A stretch of DNA of 64,000 bases from positions 12,276,001 through 12,340,000 of the forward strand of contig NC_043005.1 of NCBI RefSeq assembly GCF_006345805.1. Reading direction: 5' to 3'. The notes under the pieces were generated by a model. That model was not told the DNA's origin, made no database searches, and saw only the letters and a program-made list of their open reading frames with translations. The translations under genes and the position numbers were made by a program. Source of the stretch: Octopus sinensis (Eukaryota). This document shows, piece by piece, positions 54,248 to 64,000 of the stretch; within the stretch, counting starts at the first letter, position 1; every line of letters starts with the position of its first letter.

Positions 54248-54568
54248 TGGCTCAGTGGTTAGAGCATCGAGCTCACGATCGTGAGGTTGTGAGTTCGAAT
54301 CCCGGACCAGGCTGCGTGTTGTGTTCTTGAGCAAGACACATTATTTCACGTTGCTCCAGTTTACTCAGCTGTAGAAATGAGTTGCGACGTCAAAGGTGCC
54401 AAGCTGTATCGACCTTTGCCTTTCCCTTGGATAACACTGGTGGCGTGGAGAGGGGAGGCTGGTATGCATGGGCGACTGCTGGTCTTCCATAAACAACCTT
54501 GTCCGGACTTGTCCCTGGGAGGGTAACATTCTGGGTGCAATCGCATGGTCAGTCCGAAGGGGGTCTCA
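54248..54568 (+). mobile_element. SINE family B (CORE-like)
   Basis: TGGCTCAGTGGTTAGAGC (A box), GAGTTCGAATCCC (B box), GTGTTCTTGAGCAAGACAC.TTATTTCACGTTGCTCCAGTT.ACTCAGCTGTAGAAATGAG. Confidence 0.92.
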
Positions 54569-54665
54569 GCATATATATATATATATGAGGTAGTTTTGGT
54601 GAAAGATAGTGAAGTATAACTTTAAAGAAAAAGAAAACAGGACAAAGTTGCAGTCTTACCTTGTA

Positions 54666-54703
54666 TTTCCATATTTCGGGTTGAAAACACCTTCTTCAGG
54701 AAA
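54666..54703 (-). ncRNA. Degenerate minimal hammerhead-like motif
   Basis: Minus strand TTTC-CTGAAGA-A-GGTGTTTTCAACCC-GAAA-TAT-G-GAAA, in a ~240-bp segment next to (TA)n. Confidence 0.5.
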
Positions 54704-55439
54704 ACGCAATAGTTGTAAAAGGTCGTTGCTCGTGAAAGAGAGAGAGAGAGGGGCGGAGAATAAGGAAGGGAAGGTAACGATTGTGCTTTCTGTCGTGAGT
54801 TTTTCCATCATCAAGTGACCTTACTATTTCTAAACTAGATTTAAATTAATCGAATTAGAGTAGTATTTGCATGCGTATGTACATATAGAATATAAGATGA
54901 ACACACGTACTCAAACACACACAAATTTATATATACATATATAGGTATATCAAAATGAAAGAGTTCTGTTATATATTTACATGGAGTGAATGAAATATAA
55001 TTACCTCCCCAAGTTTGCACATATAGTAATATTCATTGCCTATTTATCTCGAAAAGTTATGTTGATTTAATACATGGTATTTTGTTTAATTCCATTAAGT
55101 AATCACGTGTCAATCATTGCAATTGAATTCATATTAATATAATTTTTTTCTTCTTCCGTAGAAATTTATAATTTGCCACAATGCACAGTTTCATTTAACA
55201 ATACTCATCATACTGTTTACATAATTAAAGTGTAACAATACAAACGTGTTGAACACATTGCGCACACATACACTACATTCACACAGTTACACAAGGACGA
55301 AGTCGCACACACATATATATGTGTACATACACATATATACATATATGTATACATATACTTATATATATAGACAAATATATACATATATAAATACATGTAT
55401 ACATAAATTCACACACACACACACACATACACACACATA

Positions 55440-55511
<72 letters not shown>

Positions 55512-55596
55512 CATACACATATTGATAGAAATGGTAAGACATCAAAAGAATGAAAGAGACCTCGATATTATGTAAATAGAGAATTTATCTGTTCCC

Positions 55597-55657
55597 GATA
55601 ACTGAAGAGATGGTGGCGTGGGTTTCCGCTCCGACATCCGAAACTTGGAGTTTTAGC
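55597..55657 (+). ncRNA. Type I hammerhead ribozyme motif in a ~170-bp insert flanked by TA repeats
   Basis: GATAA-CTGAAGA-GATG..GGCG[loop]CGC..CATC-C-GAAA-CT-TGG-AG-TT-TTAGC. Core boxes intact, stem III ACT/AGT, GUU site, stem I with one mismatch. Confidence 0.62.
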
Positions 55658-55689
55658 ATAACTATCGAATAATTGTCACATATATTTAC

Positions 55690-55761
<72 letters not shown>

Positions 55762-57507
55762 TAATATATATATATATTCATACATATATGCATACACACA
55801 CAGACAATCACACACACAACACACAGACACACTCACACACAGACAGAGGAATACACACGTCAGATTTCCTAATAAATCAACAAACAGAAATTTTACACCA
55901 TTCAGTCACGATTAAAATAAAATTGAAATCACATAAAATGTCGTTCAACCGCTAAATAAAATTTATAATCTGTAACTCATATCCTTATCACCAAACACGC
56001 ATGACTTTTTAAATTCGTTTAAGACATTAATTCAAAAAGTTAGCACTAACATGCCAACAAGCCAGCAAATCTTTAAAACCACCTCACCTTGACCGCAAAG
56101 ATATTCACGCTCAATTACCATGACTATTGTGATATTAGGTTTTGATAGCACAATATAATACACGTCTCAAAAAACTAGGACGTATTTTGTTTTTAAATTA
56201 GATGAAGGACTATTCAATAAACTATTATAATATGCATGATTTCATCAGGAAATATCAGCAGAGTAATCATTTAACAACAAATAATATCCAGTGTGACATA
56301 CAAAATATTCAAATAAAGTGAAGCAAAAAAAAAAAAACCCAAAATAGAATCAAGCCATTCGACGTCAACGTATTTAAATAAATGCCACCCAAATGTTCTG
56401 AGAGTTCTCGCATGAAGATTGCGAGTACGTGAAACTCTGGTAGGTAGATAAATATCCAATTTCAATTTACCACACATTCTACATGTTTTGAGTAATCATT
56501 CGTTGAAGGAAATTAAAGCATTCGTATAAACAGTGTATGTGTGTGCGCGTGTATAATGAAGATACGTCTTTCTGATTAAACTTCGAGAATGAGCCGTTTG
56601 CCTTGCTTTGTTTAAAGGAGGAACTAAATGACACAGAACCACTTTTAATTTGTACCACAATCCCTATATCTATCTGTATCATCAATATTTTGTACATTTC
56701 ATCTCGTGTGTCTATACTTATATGAATTTATGAAGTGGTTGACACTAGTTTGTCAACAGATAATAAAGCGGCTTCTACCCAGTTATGCTTATAATAACAG
56801 CACCGTGGCTACATAAATATTAAGGAGAGAGTAAACTATGTAGAATTGATTTACTTTACAGATAATATGCTATATGCATATCGAAACACCAAGTCTCCGG
56901 CAAGATGACGAAGTTAGAGATAACAAATTATACGATATGTAAATATGTAAATATGTAAATTATGTAAATATCAACAGTTTAACAATGACCGTTTGATGGA
57001 ATAAATTCAACAAAAGTTCTCTATGAATATTTCAATATTTGTATTTCATTATATATATATATAATATATATATATATAATATATATATATATATATAGAT
57101 ATATATATATGCATATATATAATATTTTTCACTGCGTATACATATCTAATAAATGTAATATTTTATATTTAATTATGAATCCCAAGTAAAAAAAATATGA
57201 AGATCTACAATACATAGCGTATAAAATGATTGATACTATTTCATATTCGTATAGCACTTTAAGCAATGTAACTTTATTATGTAAAAGTATGCTTAACTGA
57301 AAATACAATGTACGTTGTATAAAAAGAAACGTATCGATTTTTATCATATAAAATTACGTGAACACGGATATATGTGTGAGGAGGACATGGAAGGACATGC
57401 ATATATGTGTCTGCGTTTCGATGACTACGAATAGGCTTTGGAATGTACAGATACGTGTAAGCATGAGAGTATGCGGTTTAATACGTATGTATGTATGCAT
57501 ATGTATG

Positions 57508-57591
<84 letters not shown>

Positions 57592-57994
57592 ATACAACAT
57601 ATATACATACATATATACATACATATATATATCCGTATATATATATTATATATTTATTTATTTATATACATACATACATACATACATATATATATATGTA
57701 TATTTATTTATATTTATATATATAGTATATATTATATATATATATATACACATATATATACAAATTTTAGCACGTACAAACATGCAGAAGCGCGCGTCCG
57801 TATGAGTTCATACCTTCTTTCTTTCTCTCTCTCTATTTCTCTATCTCTACATACACACGCACATAAACACACATATATATGCACCACAAATATATATAAT
57901 ATATAATATATATATATATAATATATATATAACATTTAATTTTCCTACCTTCCATTATACAATTAAGTTTATATATATATATTCTTTTATCGTT

Positions 57995-58132
57995 TTTATT
58001 CTTTTACTTGTTTCAGTCATTTGACTGCGGCCATGCTGGAGCACCACTTGTATCCGAACAAACCGACTGCAGGAGTTATTCTTTGTACGCTTAGTTACTT
58101 ATTCTACAGGTCTCATTTGCCAAACCGCTAAT
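57995..58132 (-). mobile_element. SINE family A tail fragment
   Basis: CTTTTACTTGTTTCAGTCATTTGACTGCGGCCATGCTGGAGCACCAC. Confidence 0.85.
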
Positions 58133-58563
58133 TTGCATATATATGGCTTCTGACATTGCAAAACAGCTAGAAGTTAGCCTAAGAACGTGCGTCACATATC
58201 TGTATAAGCTTAGGTATTTTGGACGAGCTGCTAGAAGAAAACCTCTCCTTCAACCAATTAATATCAAATAAAAGATTTTGAAAATTAAAGGTGTCTATTT
58301 ACTTTCTGCATGTCTGTTTAGATGGAATAGAAAATACGCTTTTTGTATTTCATGTATAGTTTCTATATTGAAATGCCTAACACGCTTATCATTAAATTTG
58401 CTTCTCTAACAGCTCAATTTGAGGCCTCTTGAGCACTACTATGTCTGTTCTATACGGAGAATATCTGATTCTCATCTACGAGCTATATGTATGTGTGTGT
58501 GTGTGCATGTGGGTATGTGTGATTGTGTGTGTGTATGTGTGTGTATGTATGTGTCAGTATGTA

Positions 58564-58605
<42 letters not shown>

Positions 58606-58611
58606 AGGGAA

Positions 58612-58966
58612 GGCGCATGGTTCAGGGTAGAGCGTCAAGATTACGAACGTGAGGTTGTGAGGTCGAATCCCGGACCCCGCTCCGTTTTGTGTTCTTGAGC
58701 AAGACACTTTATTTCACGTTGCTCCAGTTCACTCAGCTGTTCACTCAAGAGTTCACTCAGCTGTAGAAATGAGTTGCGACGTCACTAGTGCCAAGCTGTA
58801 TCGGCCTTTGCCTTTCCCTTGGATAACACTGGTGGCGTAGAGAGGGGAGGCTGGTATGTACAGGCAACTGCTGGTCTTCCATAAACAACCTTGTCCGTAC
58901 TTGTGCTTGGGAGGGTAACTTTCTAGGTGCAATCCTATGGTCAGTCATGACCGAAGGGAATCTTAG
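58612..58966 (+). mobile_element. SINE family B (CORE-like)
   Basis: Collinear with 54248-54568, with a small internal duplication of GTTCACTCA. Confidence 0.92.
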
Positions 58967-59160
58967 CATACTTTATTAAAATGCTGCAAAAATATCACAA
59001 AAAGTGTTGCTCAGACGAACAGGAGTGTGGAACAGTTTTTGTGATATTTTCGCTACTTTCTAATAAAGCATATTACTCTAGCTCCGGTATTCGAGTACTA
59101 TTATTTCCACGTTCCTTCGCATTTATGTGCTTACTCTGTTATATATATAATATATATATA

Positions 59161-59303
<143 letters not shown>

Positions 59304-60007
59304 TATATATATAATATATATATAAGGCTATAAACGTTCATTCATACATCAACATTACTATATGCCTGCGTACATACATATATACGTGTCTTTCTACACT
59401 TAACATGTATATATGCAATAATATTATATTTTGTCACCTCGGCAAACACCAAAGACCTCGATTCGTATGAATGTTTCGAAAACAGTTGTTCTCTTCACAA
59501 CCATTAATTCAAACAAATGTTTGATTCTACTCCAGTATATCCACCACCATCGGATTTGCTTTCACCTTTCTCTCTTGCTTATGTTTTTACATTTTTCTCT
59601 ATAATTTCATCCCTCACACTGTACATCCCTCAATCTCATCTCTCTCTCTTTCTCTCTCTCTCTCTCTTTTCCCAATCTTTTGATTTATAATGTTTCTCTC
59701 TCAAAATCTAAAACAGAGACAATAGAGATCACATCGTGTATATATACGCATATAACTACACGCATGTATGCATGTATGTATGTATATCAGTTTTCTTTGT
59801 GTGTGTGTGTATGTGTGTGTGCGTGTGTATAAGTGCGTGTCTATATGTAGATACACGAGTGTACATGCATATTTATCGATATGATACATGGAAAAATAAA
59901 TACATATACGAAAATACATACACGAAAATATGTGAATATATATATTATATATATATATATTATATCTGTGGTGTGTGTATGTGTGCATGTATATATATAT
60001 ATATATT

Positions 60008-60069
<62 letters not shown>

Positions 60070-60350
60070 ACACATGCACACCTCCATGATAGTATATACC
60101 CACACAACCCACATACGCACACAATATATACATTTATGCATGTATACATATATATATATATATATATATTATATGTAGTGTGTTTGTGTGTGTATGCGCA
60201 TATATATGTAATATATATATGTATATATATATATATTATACATTCACCATCGTACATGTAAACATAGATATGTAAAAGTGATATATCACTAGAATAATTT
60301 ATCTATATACATATGCGTAGAAACACGCACTCTTACAAAAAGTGATATAG

Positions 60351-60392
<42 letters not shown>

Positions 60393-60720
60393 TTCTCCTC
60401 TCTCTCTCTCTTTTTCTCTCACTTCCTCGCTTTCTCTGTCAATGCTCACACGCACGCTCACCCATATGCATACATGTAAACACTTATGCTTGGGTGCGTG
60501 CATGTATACGTGTATTATAAAGGAAATTTTGAATATTATCTGTCAATTTGCTTTGTGAATTTTCTATGCAAAAGTTCCCTTAATCTAGTTTGCATTCATC
60601 TACTTAACTTAGTTAATCAAACTTCAAAATACGGTATTATCGAATGAAGATTGATCGATTCTCAGCGAAATGCCGCCGTCACAATAAATACAAATGTACG
60701 AAAGAAGTGTATTGCAAATA

Positions 60721-61686
60721 GGAAGAAGAAGATGATGATGATGAAGAAGAAGAAGAAGGAGAAGAAGAAGGAGAAGAAGAAGATGATGAAGAAGGAGAAG
60801 AAGAGGAGGAAGAAGTTGAAGAAGAAGAAGGAGAAAAAGATGATGAAGAAGGAGAAGAAGAGGAGGAAGAAGAAGAAGAAGAAGACGAAGAAGAAGAAGG
60901 AGAAGGTGATGAAGAAGGAGAAGAGGAGGAGGAAGAAGTTGAAGGAGAAGAAGGAGAAAAAGATGATGAAGAAGGAGAAGAGGAGGAGGAACAAGAAGAC
61001 GAAGAAGAAGAAGATGATGAAGAAGATGATGAAGAAGAAGAAGAAGAAGAAGAAGGAGAGAAGAAGAAGAAGGAGAAGAAGAAGGAGAAGAAGAAGAAGA
61101 AGAAGAAGGAGAAGAAGAAGAAGATGATGAAGAAGAAGAAGAAGAAGAAGGAGAAGAAGAAGAGGAAGAGGAAAAAGAAGAAGGAGAAGAGGAAGAAGAA
61201 GGAGAAGAAGAAGAGGAAGAGGAAAAAGAAGAAGGAGAAGAGGAAGAAGAAGAAGAAGAAGGAGAAGAAGAAGAAGGAGGAGAAGGAGAAGAAGAAGAAG
61301 AAGAAGAAGGAGACGAAGAAGAAGAAGAAGAGGATGAAGAAGAAGATGATGAAGAAGAAGAAGGAGAAGAAGAAGGAGAAGAAGAGGAAGAGGAAGAAGA
61401 AGAAGGAGAAGAAGAAGAAGAAGAAGAAGAAGAAGAAGAAGACGAAGAAGAAGAAGAAAGAAGAAGAAGAAGATGAAGAAGCAGAAATGAAGAAGATGAT
61501 GAAGGAGAAGGAGAAGAAGAAGGAGAAAGAAGAAGAAGAAGAAGAAGAAGAAGAAGACGAAGAAGAAGAAGGAGAAGAAGAAGAAGGAGAAGAAGAAGGA
61601 GATGAAGAAGAAGAAGAAGAAGAAGAAGAAGAAGAAGAAGGAGGAGGAGAAGAAGAAGGAGATGATGAGAAGAAGAAGAAGAACAA
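60721..61686. repeat. ~960-bp degenerate (GAA)n purine tract (GAA/GGA/GAT variants)
   Basis: Almost pure purine on the + strand, trinucleotide periodicity and internal higher-order duplications. Confidence 0.98.
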
Positions 61687-62014
61687 CATTTGTCCGAGTT
61701 ATAACAAGATTATATTATATTTGGTTTTTCCCCCTACTTACTCTTGCCTTTCGTGTTCGTTTTTATTAATTTCGGTTCTTTTTATGTACGTGTGAAACGG
61801 TGTTAAACGGAATCAAATGGAACGAGACTTCAAGTGAGATGCTTTTCACATTGAACTTATTCCGTTCTAGATTTAAAATTATAATACAATGATTTCTGTT
61901 CTTGGTTTCTTCTCTTAACTGGCGAAATGGTAAGATTATTTTCGCTTTCATTCTTTAATTTTGAAAGTGGCGTCTGAGGTTTTGAAAGCAATGAATACAT
62001 CTTTTTCTTACTTG

Positions 62015-62425
62015 CTATTATTATTATTTTTTTTTTTTCTATCAACTTAATTTCTGATTTATCCATGTCACGCCTCAGCTCCACTCCGCAGCTTTTGTCA
62101 ACCCACGACCTACTTCAAATGTGGCTGCCAAACTGAATACTTATGAAGTTTGATATTTGCAGCTTTTGATGACAGAATATAGCTCTCTTTGAAATGGTCC
62201 AAACTGCACTGATCACAATGGGTATCACACTCACCTTCGAAGCTCTAGGGGTCCTTTTCATTTCCAGTCCTAGGTCTCCGTACTTCCTGGCATTCTCGCC
62301 CGTTGTCTTCAGGTATATTTTGGTCTGAATGTATAACGACGTCGACGCAGATTCATTCTTTAGATTCCTTCTGTAGGAGAGAGATAACCGGTTGGTTATG
62401 TAGCAACTTTTCGTCTGCATGTATA
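62015..62425 (-). mobile_element. Degenerate RLE-type (R4/Dong-like) retrotransposon 3' end
   Basis: ENARKYGDLGLEMKR...VSVIPIVISAVWTI (K..KY.DL..E...PIVIGALG motif); (AAT)n-like tail at 62015-62030. Confidence 0.7.
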
Positions 62426-62437
62426 TTCTTTGCTACT

Positions 62438-62500
62438 GTGGAGGCACATGGCCTAGTGGTTAGAGTAGCGGACTCGTGGTCGAGTGATCGCGAGTTCGAA
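62438..62500 (+). mobile_element. tRNA-like SINE head fragment (family C-like)
   Basis: GTGGAGGCACATGGCCTAGTGGTTAGAGTAGCGGACTCGTGGTCGAGTGATCGCGAGTTCGAATC. Confidence 0.8.
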
Positions 62501-62501
62501 T

Positions 62502-63016
62502 CTTATTACTTATTACTATTTTTGTTGTTGTTGTTGATATTATCTTCTTTCAAATTCCTTTCCATTTTTTTGCCGAGTTTCTTCCCAACACCTAGTACAA
62601 AGAAACTCACTGTACATTGGTAGGCCATCAAAATAAACACACCAGAGTGTTCATTTACAAAGTCATGCAATAGGAAAAGATGGGTAAGAAAGGACAGTGA
62701 GGAAAAAGAAAAAAAAAGGGATAAAAGAATGAAATTAAGAAAAACTGAAAACGAAGAAAATAAGCGGGAAAAGGAATAAAAATTCATAGTGACAATTCTC
62801 TCCTCAAAACGTCCGACGTACCACTTAATACAATATTTTGCACTTCCTGCATGGATGGTAAGCCAGGGATCATCCTCAAATAGTTGTCAGTTCCATTTTT
62901 GATCATTCCATGTGCTCCTGCGATCACTGGCATTCTAACCGTCATGAGATACCACATTTTTTCGATTTCAATCAGCAGCTCGTTATATTTTCTGAGCTTA
63001 TCAAATTCTATTGCTG

Positions 63017-63018
<2 letters not shown>
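62502..63018 (-). mobile_element. RLE-type (R4/Dong-like) retrotransposon 3' end
   Basis: EFDKLRKYNELLIEIEKMWYLMTVRMPVIAGAHGMIK...VQNIVLSGTSDVLRRELSL*, then 3' UTR and AAC/AAT tail. Confidence 0.85.
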
Positions 63019-63053
<35 letters not shown>

Positions 63054-63847
63054 GAGTGAGAGAGCAGTGCATGCCATCAAAGTGAAACTGGGGTAAAATA
63101 TACGAAGCCCAATATACCCATCATGACTACCCGTCTGATAAGTGCACACCAGGCACATGCATCACAACCATATGTGCGCGACATGGTGATCTCATATCAA
63201 GATAAACAGCACATGACCTTGCAGATGGGGCCCAGTTAGAATTTTCTTCAGGTTGAGTAGCCCATCCCGCTCAAACGGTCCCTGAATAAGGGTTGTTTAA
63301 GGATGTTGAAAGAACCACCCATGTTTCCAGAGGTGAACTATTCAAACCCCAAAGAATCCCTCTCAACACATGGCTATGATGCTCCCCCACTACTTCTGCT
63401 CATGATCAGAGATGCACATATCGTCAGCCACTAAGGGACATGCTCAACTGGTTAAGGTCAAACAACTGACAAGCAAATCTGTGGTATTGAGCAGAATATT
63501 TGCTGTAGCCCATCTTTTATACCAAGACAAAACAATGTACATGATAACACTTCTAATCAGTTAAGATCAGAAGCCATGAGAGCCACTGCCTGGTACTGCA
63601 TCGATGGTTATTTGTATGGAAAGTGTTCTGCGTAGGATGTGTGCAGTGCCTAGTAGTACAATTTTCTGTATGTTATATGTGTTTGTAAGTCCTGGTGTTT
63701 TTGTTATGTATTTGTCTGAATATTTTTTATCATGCCTAATGCACCTACTATGATAGGAATTGTTTCTGTTTTTAGATTCTACATTCTGCTTACCTCTATT
63801 TCCAGGTCTTTGTATTTTGAAAGTTTCTCCATTTCTTTTAGAGACAC

Positions 63848-63848
<1 letters not shown>
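63019..63848 (-). mobile_element. RLE-type (R4/Dong-like) retrotransposon 3' end with (AAT)n tail
   Basis: VSLKEMEKLSKYKDLEIEVSRM*NLKTETIPIIVGALGMIKK...IQKIVLLGTAHILRRTLS, a ~550-bp 3' UTR, and (TTA)n at 63019-63052. Confidence 0.88.
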
Positions 63849-63922
<74 letters not shown>

Positions 63923-64000
63923 GAGTGAGAGAGCAGTTCATGCCATCAAAGTGACACTGGGGTAAAATATACGAAGCCCAATATACCCATCATGACTACC
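63849..64000 (-). mobile_element. 3' end of a further copy of the same RLE element with (AAT)n tail; runs off the window
   Basis: TTGAGTGAGAGAGCAGT.CATGCCATCAAAGTGA.ACTGGGGTAAAATATACGAAGCCC matches 63052-63130. Confidence 0.9.

Noticed and set aside
54248-54310. tRNA-like A/B boxes (also 62438-62500, 11160-11236, 39320-39395)
   Set aside because: These are SINE heads that continue into SINE bodies or tails; no complete cloverleaf with acceptor stem.
60651-61795. Poly-K/E/R and poly-F/S ORFs of 158-336 aa
   Set aside because: Products of the GAA trinucleotide tract; frames shift within the repeat and there is no gene context.

Overview
AT-rich, microsatellite-saturated animal DNA. The SINE repertoire and (TA)n/(CA)n density suggest an Octopus genome, which is an inference from the sequence only. 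I found no credible host protein-coding exon, rRNA or true tRNA, and nearly all ORFs in the track are translations of simple repeats. The window is a transposon graveyard. It holds at least four tRNA-headed SINE families with shuffled head/tail modules, mariner, Tc1 and DD37D (maT) remnants, a Helitron, a MITE carrying TTAGGG repeats, and CR1/L2-, RTE- and R4/Dong-like LINE fragments. It also holds Penelope-like (Neptune-type) remnants and an ORF1-only zinc-knuckle retroelement with a poly(A) tail. The most unusual signal is a set of short non-coding elements that sit mostly next to (TA)n tracts. They consist of long imperfect hairpins with isolated mismatches and/or minimal type I hammerhead-ribozyme motifs. 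At 8086-8517 and 55562-55668 the hammerhead lies inside the inverted repeat. Coordinates were read by eye and may be off by a few bases.
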